DNA from: Sphingorhabdus sp.
GTDB taxonomy: Bacteria; Pseudomonadota; Alphaproteobacteria; Sphingomonadales; Sphingomonadaceae
Assembly (NCBI RefSeq): GCF_044374345.1
Contig: NZ_JBILOS010000001.1
Span: 1 to 62,755, forward strand
Direction of reading: 5' to 3'
Length of the DNA: 62,755 nt
Made by a program: the position numbers and the translations under genes. Below the pieces are notes generated by a model. It saw nothing but the letters and a program-made list of their open reading frames with translations, made no database searches and was not told where the DNA came from. This document shows, piece by piece, positions 40,401 to 47,678 of the stretch; within the stretch, counting starts at the first letter, position 1; the number at the start of each line of letters is the position of its first letter.

Positions 40401-42113
40401 CTGCCGCGTTCAAGCTGGCTCGATTATGACAGCAAGCTGATTTCCAAGGGTGGTGGCGTCTTTTCCCGAACCGAAAAATCCATCAAAATTTCACCTGAAA
40501 TCAGGGCATTATTGGGCATTGATGCGAAAGAGATTGAACCATCTGCACTGATGATTGCGATATTGAAAGCGCCGGTGCAGCTGATGTGGTTTGGCGGAAT
40601 TGGAACCTATATTAAGGACCGAAGCGAAGGCCATTTGGATGTCGGCGACCCGGGCAATGACGCGATCCGCGTCAATGGTGCGGACGTTCAGGCAAAGGTC
40701 ATCGGCGAAGGTGCCAACCTTGGCGTCACACAGGCGGGGCGTATTGGCTACGCATTGCGCGGTGGCCGGATTAATACCGACTTCATCGATAACAGCGCCG
40801 GCGTGGATTGTTCGGATAATGAGGTGAACATCAAAATTGCGCTCAATGCGCAAATGCGTGCCGGCAAGTTGAAAGAGCCTGCGCGCAACGTGCTGCTCGC
40901 CGATATGACCGACGCCGTTGCGCATTTGGTGCTTGAGGACAATCGCCTGCAAACGCTCGCCCTTTCAATTGCGGAAACCGGCGGGGCAGGGGATTTGCCG
41001 GCCTATGTCCGGCTTATTGAAATCTTCGAAGGCTCTGGCAGGCTTGACCGTGCGGTTGAGGGGCTTGCGCCGAATGAAGAACTGTTCCGGCGCGCAAGTG
41101 AAGGGCGCGGTCTGACCCGGCCTGAATTGGCCGTGTTGCTGTCGACGGCAAAGCTGGCCGCGCAGGACGGCGTTGAGGACGCGCCTTTGGCACAAGATGC
41201 CTCAATGGACAGCGAACTGCTGGCGGCGTTTCCAGGGGCGATGGTCAAGGCGCACAAAAGCGCGATTCTGTCGCACCGTTTGCGCAAGGAAATCATCGCG
41301 ACCAAATTGGCAAACCGCATGATCAACCGGCTGGGCATGCTGCACCCGTTTGAATTGGCTGAGGAAGAGGGCTGCGGCCTTGGTGATGTCGCCGCGGCCT
41401 TCGCCATTGCCGAACGCATCTATGATCTGCCATCGCTGTGGCAGGCCATCGATACGACACCGATGCCGGAAGCAACGCGGCTGATGCTATTCAATCAAGC
41501 GGCCGTTGAAATTCGTGCACAGATGGCAGACATCATTCGCAACGCGCATGAAGGGCGCGATGTCAGTGCTGCCACCGCCGTATATGCGCCCGTTGTGCAG
41601 AAATTGTCCGCCGCGCTGGACGGGTTGTTGCCCAATGATGTCCGGCTTCAGACGGAACGTTTTGGCGCCCGGCTTATGGAAAATGGCGCGCCACGCAAAA
41701 TTGCCGACAGGCTGGTTGAATTGGCGCAGTTGGATGGCGCGATTGGCCTTGCGGCGCTGTCGTCGACGCAAAAGGGTGATGTGACTGCGCTTACGCGTGC
41801 TTTCACGACGCTTGGCGATGCGCTTGGCCTCAGCTGGGCGCAAGGGGCGGCTATGCAGATTGATCCGCATGACCCGTGGGAGCGATTGCTGGTTGCGGGT
41901 CTGGCGCGCGATTTCCAAACGATGCGTTTGGATTTCCTAAGCCGCCGTGCCGCCAAGAAACCGCTCGAGGATGCACAGGATTGGCTGCAAACCAACGTCG
42001 TCCGCGTGCGTGCATTCAAGGCGATGGTCGACCGGGCCCGCATGGCCGGCATACCCACGCCCGCGATGCTGGCACAGGTTGCCGGTCAGGCACGGGTGCT
42101 ATTGGGGCGCTAA
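37464..42113 (+). CDS. gdhB: Large NAD-specific glutamate dehydrogenase
   Basis: ARGGLRWSDR, AQRVKNAVIVPTGAKGGF, VAADKGTA, GVGDMSGDVFGNG, EGANLG, IDNSAGVDCSD; aggag RBS before ATG 37464. Confidence 0.95.
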   Translation: MAAAKIAKTSGKLDKSLLKAMVSAFAETALPGENEGFDAKATEEAARFTIETGLHRKAGTAAIALDSFTDAQGRLMMRIALNNDDMPFLVDSVSAAVAANGISVKRIIHPVLSVARDDALTLTDISRKRVDGQARESFIYLETERVDARERRQLEMHLAAVLADVRGAVTDWRDMLAALSADADSLPESEGAALLRWFSKNNMTVLAHERISRDGTRFDRLGLSRVTDALVLAEDSVGLAIKWFEDGGVAPLVLKSNRVSTVHRNVQLDLIVIPVTTGGRVSGVAVTAGLWTSAALATTPDAIPVLRTHLAALMDRFGFDPSGHAGKAMAHALTALPHDLLVALKLDDLERVTLTAMSLTDRPRPKLIALRSPLGRHLYIFVWLPRDDVSTGIRKQIQNMLIDATGGSLLGWTIGLEDGGVALLRYTLDLPDRDQKVDEAVLDGKVELMVRGWEPAVEAALASLTDEKRAAAMLVRYGAGFPANYRSTYSTEEAARDMVGLLNMERDHSKVTRLFVDGDKLRLKIYSGGGALPLSDVVPALENFGFDVLEESPTALGDGNYIHDFRLSLRGGDVATVMKRPHIIEGALSQVLDGSFENDVFNQLVTVGGLDPQSVIWLRAWYRYLRQTGVTYGMPTVVSALVKNANVTRSIIALFDARHNPAHSGDREKEITKYVKSINTDLAAVSAIDEDRILRRFLAIVLATVRTNAFSAAAAEALAFKLDCAKVPGLPAPLPWREVFVYSPRVEGIHLRAGPVARGGLRWSDRRDDFRTEVLGLMKAQRVKNAVIVPTGAKGGFYPKRLPDMRVDRDAWFAEGTEAYKIFIRTLLSITDNIVNDRIVHPDNVVIHDGDDPYFVVAADKGTATFSDTANAIALERNFWLGDAFASGGSVGYDHKAMGITAKGGWLSVQRHFAEMGIDVQKEPVTVAGVGDMSGDVFGNGMLLSKTLKLVAAFDHRHIFFDPDPDPAVSWKERQRLFNLPRSSWLDYDSKLISKGGGVFSRTEKSIKISPEIRALLGIDAKEIEPSALMIAILKAPVQLMWFGGIGTYIKDRSEGHLDVGDPGNDAIRVNGADVQAKVIGEGANLGVTQAGRIGYALRGGRINTDFIDNSAGVDCSDNEVNIKIALNAQMRAGKLKEPARNVLLADMTDAVAHLVLEDNRLQTLALSIAETGGAGDLPAYVRLIEIFEGSGRLDRAVEGLAPNEELFRRASEGRGLTRPELAVLLSTAKLAAQDGVEDAPLAQDASMDSELLAAFPGAMVKAHKSAILSHRLRKEIIATKLANRMINRLGMLHPFELAEEEGCGLGDVAAAFAIAERIYDLPSLWQAIDTTPMPEATRLMLFNQAAVEIRAQMADIIRNAHEGRDVSAATAVYAPVVQKLSAALDGLLPNDVRLQTERFGARLMENGAPRKIADRLVELAQLDGAIGLAALSSTQKGDVTALTRAFTTLGDALGLSWAQGAAMQIDPHDPWERLLVAGLARDFQTMRLDFLSRRAAKKPLEDAQDWLQTNVVRVRAFKAMVDRARMAGIPTPAMLAQVAGQARVLLGR

Positions 42114-42117
42114 GCCC

Positions 42118-42246
42118 CTAGCTCTTGGATGGCGCCAACCCGGCGGGGTTGCCCTTGGTTGAGGGGTTCGAAGCGTTTTGCTTTTTGGGTCCCTCTGCCT
42201 TTGGTTTGCGGACTTCGCGGTTCGATTTCTTCTGGCTCTTTGCCAT
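42118..42246 (-). CDS. Small Lys/Arg-rich protein (42 aa), absent from the ORF track
   Basis: MAKSQKKSNREVRKPKAEGPKKQNASNPSTKGNPAGLAPSKS*; aagga RBS upstream. Confidence 0.7.
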   Translation of the reverse strand: MAKSQKKSNREVRKPKAEGPKKQNASNPSTKGNPAGLAPSKS

Positions 42247-42374
42247 GATGTTTTCCTTTCGGGGGTGGAGGGGACAACGTGCAAAGCGCCGGATCGTTCA
42301 CGCGAACGTCCGGTGATCCTTATCTATATGCACGAATGGCCCCCGTTATAAGGGCACCCGCCGAAATGAGGTGA

Positions 42375-42968
42375 TTAAGCGACTGCCTCTGCTTCACGCT
42401 TATAAATGCTGTTGAGCGGATGGCGGAACAGCTTCGTCACCATGGGTTCGAAAAACTCCAATGGCAGCGTGTCATATTCTGGGTCGAACGATGGGCAGTC
42501 ATATTTGTCGATGAATTCTTCGGTGTCAGCAAACCATTCATGACCGCGGAACTTTTCGCGCATGTCCCGATCAAGCCCAAGATAGTGGAAGAAGTTGTGA
42601 CCTTGGAAAATGCCGTGGTTTTGAACAATCCAGTGCAGTTTTTCCGAAACGAACGGCTTTAATATAGCAGCAGCAATGTCCGGGTGGTTTGCCGCGCCAA
42701 GTGTATCGCCAATGTCGTGCAGCAGCGCCATGACGACATAATCTTCGTCGCGTCCATCACGATAGGCGCGCGTTGCGGTTTGCAAGGAATGGGTCAACCG
42801 GTCCACCGCGAATCCACCAAAATCGCCATCGAGCAGTCGAAGATGGTCCAATATCCGTTGTCCGCCATTTTGCGAAAACGGGATATTGTGCCGCATGATG
42901 ATTTGCCAATCTTCTTGCGTGCTCTGTGACATGTCGTGGAAAGTTGCGCGGTCTTCTTGGTTGTCCAT
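42375..42968 (-). CDS. HD-domain protein (PhnZ/MIOX-like)
   Basis: RLTHSLQTATRA, ALLHDIGD, NH, NHG, YD metal-ligand pattern. Confidence 0.85.
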   Translation of the reverse strand: MDNQEDRATFHDMSQSTQEDWQIIMRHNIPFSQNGGQRILDHLRLLDGDFGGFAVDRLTHSLQTATRAYRDGRDEDYVVMALLHDIGDTLGAANHPDIAAAILKPFVSEKLHWIVQNHGIFQGHNFFHYLGLDRDMREKFRGHEWFADTEEFIDKYDCPSFDPEYDTLPLEFFEPMVTKLFRHPLNSIYKREAEAVA

Positions 42969-43056
42969 GGTCGATATCCTCTCCCCAAAACCCTATCATG
43001 TCCGTGTGATGAAACAAGTGCTTCATGCGCGCGCAAAATGCGGCTAGACCGATTTT

Positions 43057-44193
43057 ATGGCGGTACTTGAGCTTACAGATAAACCCTTCTTTGCCGATAA
43101 AAATCGTGCGTTTTGGAATCTCCATTCAGCCGGATGGGCAGGCGCAGTCATTTTGCGCGCCGCGTCGGGTATTGCCCAGGGGCAGCCCGTCAGCTTCCTT
43201 GTGCCCATCCTGATATCAGCGGTCACGGGTTATTCGATCACGCTTCTGCTATCGGTTATTTACAGGTTTCTGATTGGTCAGCGACCATTTATTACGTGGA
43301 GCCTGACGTTCGTCGCGGTGTCCTTGGCCACCATTGGCTACGCGTATATGGACGTGTGGGTGCTGCAAACCATTCGGGACGGGGTGGATGAAACGCCGTT
43401 TGCGCAGTTATGGCTCGCTGCGATCTATATCAACTCGGTGCTGTTGGCGGCCTGGTCTGCGCTATATTACGCGATCAATTATTTTGTGCGCGCTGAAGAA
43501 CAAGCGGATCAGATGATGCGGCTTGAGGCGCAGGCCACCAGCGCGCAGCTGACGATGTTGCGGTATCAGTTGAACCCGCATTTTCTATTCAACACATTGA
43601 ATAGCATTTCTACGCTCGTGCTGCTGAAGCAGACCGAGCAGGCAAATGCCATGTTGTCGCGGCTATCGTCATTTTTGCGCTTCACCCTCATCAACGAGGC
43701 TGCGGCCAAGGTGCCGCTGACGCAAGAGGTTGAAACGTTGAAGCTGTATCTCGATATCGAAAAGATGCGTTTTGAAGAACGGCTGCGGCCATATTTCACG
43801 ATTGAACCCGCTGTCGAGGACGCTCTGGTGCCGTCACTTCTGCTGCAGCCATTGGTGGAAAATGCCATCAAATATGCGGTGACGCCGAAAGAAGAGGGCG
43901 CCGACATTTCCGTGACCGCTCAACTCGTCGGTCAAAGGGTGCGGATTACCGTATCGGACACGGGACCGGGCTTGCAGCCGGGGCAGCAAGATCACAGCCT
44001 TTCCACCGGTGTTGGTATGGCGAACACCCGCGAGCGACTTTCACAAGCTTATGGCGACGATCAACGCTTTGAACATTATGTAAAAGCGGGCGGAGGATTT
44101 GAGGTTTTGTTGGAACTACCATATCAAAGCCGGATTATAGCAGGGGAAGACAATCAAACGGGGGCTAAGCAGCAAGGACAAATATCCGCATGA
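43057..44193 (+). CDS. LytS-type sensor histidine kinase
   Basis: N-terminal TM region; LRYQLNPHFLFNTLN, LLQPLVENAIK, DTGPG, GVGMAN. Confidence 0.94.
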   Translation: MAVLELTDKPFFADKNRAFWNLHSAGWAGAVILRAASGIAQGQPVSFLVPILISAVTGYSITLLLSVIYRFLIGQRPFITWSLTFVAVSLATIGYAYMDVWVLQTIRDGVDETPFAQLWLAAIYINSVLLAAWSALYYAINYFVRAEEQADQMMRLEAQATSAQLTMLRYQLNPHFLFNTLNSISTLVLLKQTEQANAMLSRLSSFLRFTLINEAAAKVPLTQEVETLKLYLDIEKMRFEERLRPYFTIEPAVEDALVPSLLLQPLVENAIKYAVTPKEEGADISVTAQLVGQRVRITVSDTGPGLQPGQQDHSLSTGVGMANTRERLSQAYGDDQRFEHYVKAGGGFEVLLELPYQSRIIAGEDNQTGAKQQGQISA

Positions 44194-44990
44194 GCATTCG
44201 TACAATATTGGTCGACGATGAAAAGCTGGCGATCCAAGGCCTTGAATTAAGGCTGCAGCCGTTTGACGACATTGAAATCGTCGCCACCTGCCACAACGGT
44301 CGTGAGGCCATTCGCAAGATTAAAACGCTGAAACCCGATCTGGTGTTCCTCGACATTCAGATGCCGGGATTTGATGGCTTTTCGGTTGTTCAGGGCGTGA
44401 TGGATATTGATCCGCCGCTGTTCGTCTTTGTGACGGCCTATTCGGAACATGCGATTAAGGCGTTCGAAGCGCAGGCGATCGATTATCTCATGAAGCCGGT
44501 CGAACCAGAACGTCTTGCAGACACTATGGACCGTGTGCGCAGCAGGCTTGCCGACAAGCGCACATCGGATGAGCTGGACAGGCTTCGTACCGTCATTAAC
44601 GAAGTCGCGCCGGATGCGGCTGACAATCTGAGTTCGATTGACGATGACCTGGCGTCAACGCGGTTTGAGAAGCTTATCAATATCAAAGATCGCGGCCAGA
44701 TTTTCCGCGTCGATGTAGAAAGCATCGAACGGATCGATGCGGCGGGCGACTATATGTGCATCTACACCGCCGATAACTCGCTCATTCTGCGCGAGACGAT
44801 GAAGGATCTGGAAAAACGGCTCGATCCAAGGACGTTCCAGCGCGTCCATCGTTCGACAATCGTCAATTTGGATCAGGTGCGGCAGGTGAAGCCGCATACG
44901 AACGGCGAATGCTTCCTTGTGCTCGAATCCGGCGCGCAGGTAAAAGTCAGCCGTTCCTATCGTGACGTCGTAGCCAGGTTTGTCCATTAA
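44190..44990 (+). CDS. LytTR family response regulator
   Basis: VDDE, FLDIQMP, FVTAY, DYLMKP; LytTR domain FQRVHRSTIVN, VSRSY. Confidence 0.95.
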   Translation: MSIRTILVDDEKLAIQGLELRLQPFDDIEIVATCHNGREAIRKIKTLKPDLVFLDIQMPGFDGFSVVQGVMDIDPPLFVFVTAYSEHAIKAFEAQAIDYLMKPVEPERLADTMDRVRSRLADKRTSDELDRLRTVINEVAPDAADNLSSIDDDLASTRFEKLINIKDRGQIFRVDVESIERIDAAGDYMCIYTADNSLILRETMKDLEKRLDPRTFQRVHRSTIVNLDQVRQVKPHTNGECFLVLESGAQVKVSRSYRDVVARFVH

Positions 44991-45001
44991 GGAGAATGAG
45001 G

Positions 45002-45907
45002 ATGGCAGAAGCCGATACTTCACCGCGCATGAAGGCCAGTGACTTCCATCCCTATATTCTGGAAATTTTCGATGGCTATGTCCACGGCAAGCTGACCAAA
45101 CGTGAATTCATCCGCGAAGCCGGCAAATTCGCGGCTGCGGGCGTCACCGGCCTCATGATACTCAACCAGTTGCAGCCGGATTATGCTTTGGCGCAGCAAG
45201 TGAAAGCCGACGATCCGGCGATTGTCACGTCGCGGGTGACGGTACAAAGCCCCGATGGGCATGGCAGCATCAGCGGGTTGCTGGCGCGGCCAGCCAAAGC
45301 AAGCGGTAAGCTTCCGGCGGTATTGGTGGTTCACGAAAATCGCGGGCTGAACCCCTATATCGAAGATGTCGTGCGCCGTCTCGCTAAGGCCGGTTATATG
45401 GCGTTTGGCCCCGATGGCCTGTCGTCACTTGGCGGTTATCCGGGCAATGACGAAAAAGGCCGTGAGCTTCAGGCAAAGCTGAACCCCGGCAAATTATTGG
45501 AAGACTTTTTCGCCAGCTTTGAATTCTTGCGCGATCATGCCGACAGCACAAGCAAGGTTGGCGCGGTGGGTTTCTGTTATGGGGGCGGTGTCTGCAATGC
45601 GTTGGCCGTTGCCTATCCGGAAATGGCTGCGTCCGTGCCATATTATGGTCGCCAGCCAACTGCGGCCGAAGTTCCTGCCATTAAGGCGCCGTTGTTGATC
45701 CATTATGCCGAGGCCGACGAGCGGATCAATGCAGGTTGGCTCCCCTATCAGGCGGCGCTCATTGCGAACCAGAAGGCGTTTCAGGTGCATTTCTATCCGG
45801 GCACGCAGCATGGCTTTCACAATGACAGCACGCCCCGCTTTGACAAAGCAGCGGCAGACTTGTCATGGGCCCGCACGATTGCGTTTTTCGGGAAAAATCT
45901 GCGTTAG
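45002..45907 (+). CDS. Dienelactone hydrolase family protein (YghX-like), Tat-like signal
   Basis: VHENRGLNP, GFCYGG nucleophile, HGFHND. Confidence 0.92.
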   Translation: MAEADTSPRMKASDFHPYILEIFDGYVHGKLTKREFIREAGKFAAAGVTGLMILNQLQPDYALAQQVKADDPAIVTSRVTVQSPDGHGSISGLLARPAKASGKLPAVLVVHENRGLNPYIEDVVRRLAKAGYMAFGPDGLSSLGGYPGNDEKGRELQAKLNPGKLLEDFFASFEFLRDHADSTSKVGAVGFCYGGGVCNALAVAYPEMAASVPYYGRQPTAAEVPAIKAPLLIHYAEADERINAGWLPYQAALIANQKAFQVHFYPGTQHGFHNDSTPRFDKAAADLSWARTIAFFGKNLR

Positions 45908-46359
45908 CGCCGGTCTTTGAAAAACGCCTGTAGCAGTTCCGCCGATTCGTCGGCGGATATGCCCGAATATATTTCGGGGCGATGATGCACCGTGGGCTGT
46001 TCAAATAAGCGTGGACCATGCGCCACAGCGCCGCCCTTGGGGTCCTCGGCGCCAAAATAGAGGCGGGCGATGCGCGAATGGGCGATTGCGCCGGCACACA
46101 TCGCACAGGGCTCCAGCGTCACCCACAGGTCGCATCCCGCAAGGCGGTCATTGCCAAGATGCGCCGCAGCGGCGCGAATGGCGAGGATTTCAGCGTGGGC
46201 AGTGGGGTCATGATGCTCAAGCGGACTGTTCGCGCCACGGCCAATAATGACCCCATCCTTGACGACAATCGCGCCAACGGGCACTTCGCCTTGCGCGGCG
46301 GCTGCCTGCGCCAAGTTGAGCGCTTCGTTCATCATTTCGCGGGCTTTGGACAAGGGCAT
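45904..46359 (-). CDS. tadA: tRNA adenosine(34) deaminase
   Basis: GEVPVGA, DPTAHAE, TLEPCAMC, FFKDRR. Confidence 0.93.
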   Translation of the reverse strand: MPLSKAREMMNEALNLAQAAAAQGEVPVGAIVVKDGVIIGRGANSPLEHHDPTAHAEILAIRAAAAHLGNDRLAGCDLWVTLEPCAMCAGAIAHSRIARLYFGAEDPKGGAVAHGPRLFEQPTVHHRPEIYSGISADESAELLQAFFKDRR

Positions 46360-46490
46360 GTTATTTTGCTAGCGTAGATTACTGCTTTTGACCACACATC
46401 GGCTTGACCTTTTCGGTGTGGAGCGTTAGGGGCAGCGACTTTCGCGGGACAGTGATTCCGCATACACTTTTTTTATACAGGACATACATC

Positions 46491-46781
46491 ATGGCGCGCA
46501 TCTGCGAACTCACCGGTAAAGGCCGTCTGGTCGGCAACAATGTGAGCCACGCCAACAACAAAACCAAGCGTACATTCCTGCCTAACCTGCAGAATGTCAC
46601 TTTGTTGTCGGATGCCCTTGAGCAGGGCTACAAGTTCCGCGTTTCGACCCACGGTCTGCGTTCGGTTGAGCATGTCGGCGGTCTCGACAACTGGTTGTTG
46701 AAGACTTCGGACGAGAAGCTCTCGACAAATGCGCGCAAGGTGAAAAAAGAAATCGCCAAGAAGCAAAAAGCTGCGGCGTAA
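46491..46781 (+). CDS. rpmB: 50S ribosomal protein L28
   Basis: [31 protein letters not shown]. Confidence 0.97.
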   Translation: MARICELTGKGRLVGNNVSHANNKTKRTFLPNLQNVTLLSDALEQGYKFRVSTHGLRSVEHVGGLDNWLLKTSDEKLSTNARKVKKEIAKKQKAAA

Positions 46782-46821
46782 GCCTGACGGCTGCTTTTGC
46801 AGCCTTTAGCTAAAACGAATC

Positions 46822-46854
46822 AAAGCCGGGGGCAGTCACTGCCTCCGGTTTTTT
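46822..46854 (+). terminator. Rho-independent terminator of rpmB
   Basis: gccgggggcag-tca-ctgcctccgg followed by a T-tract. Confidence 0.8.
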
Positions 46855-47136
46855 CTTGTCCGGGACAGAGGCAATGCCCTCGCTGTCCCGACCTTTATAG
46901 CTGGTCTCTGGTCCGTTTAAGTTAGGCAGGGGCACGATAATCGGTCGATCTGTGCTGGCATGATTTGCAAGTTCAAATCCCAATCGCGTTCATCATTTGC
47001 TGGCTGAATATGAACAAACGATAACAGGCACATTCAGCATTCGGTCAATCACGCATGTTCATAAGGCAATTATTGGCAAAGCAAATCGCCGGATTGCCCA
47101 ATGCGGGCCCAATCTGAAAACAACGGAGTATCGAAC

Positions 47137-47511
47137 GTGAGAAATTTGAAAAAAAGCATCGGTGCACTGGTACTTGCAGCAACGGCCGTAACCGGATTTT
47201 CCGCTACACCAGTTTTTGCCCATAATGGTGATGATGGTTATTACAGCCGCGGTGACCGTTATGACCGCGATGACCGTCGCGAATATCGTCGTGGTGACCG
47301 CTAGTATCGCAACAATGCCTACCGCGGCGATGCGCGTTGCGACAAGGGTACGGGCGGCACCCTCATTGGTGCAGTTGCAGGCGGTCTGCTTGGGAACGAA
47401 GTCTCCCGTCGTGGTAACAAAACCGAAGGCAGCATCATTGGTGCAGCCGTCGGGGCCTTGGCTGGCCGTGCAATCGACAAGTCGGACAGCAATTGCCGCC
47501 GCTATCGTTAG
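47137..47511 (+). pseudogene. Glycine-zipper 2TM domain protein interrupted by an in-frame TAG at 47302-47304
   Basis: GTG start with ggag RBS and signal peptide. After the TAG the same frame continues YRNNAYRGDARCDKGTGGTLIGAVAGGLLGNEV...GSIIGAAVGALAGRAIDKSDSNCRRYR*. Confidence 0.8.
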
Positions 47512-47599
47512 AATATCAGCCTTTCGTCCGGATGTGATCCCTGAACCTCATTCACATCCGGGCGGAACCCAATGTCAGCTATGAGCCTGAATCCAATGC

Positions 47600-47628
47600 G
47601 CCAGCCTTCACCTGAGGGCTGGCTTTTT
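47600..47628 (+). terminator. Rho-independent terminator
   Basis: gccagccttc-acct-gagggctggc-ttttt. Confidence 0.8.
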
Positions 47629-47678
47629 CGTTTCAACTGAAACTTGTCTGCCTGCGCTTTATCCGGCAAAGCGCCGCA

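Noticed and set aside
46956-46969. Possible sigma54 site tggcatgatttgca
   Set aside because: GG-to-GC spacing is 8 nt rather than the required 10.
47216-47584. 122-aa ORF as the gene at this locus
   Set aside because: Wrong frame; the glycine-zipper domain is in the frame of the 47137 start, beyond the TAG.
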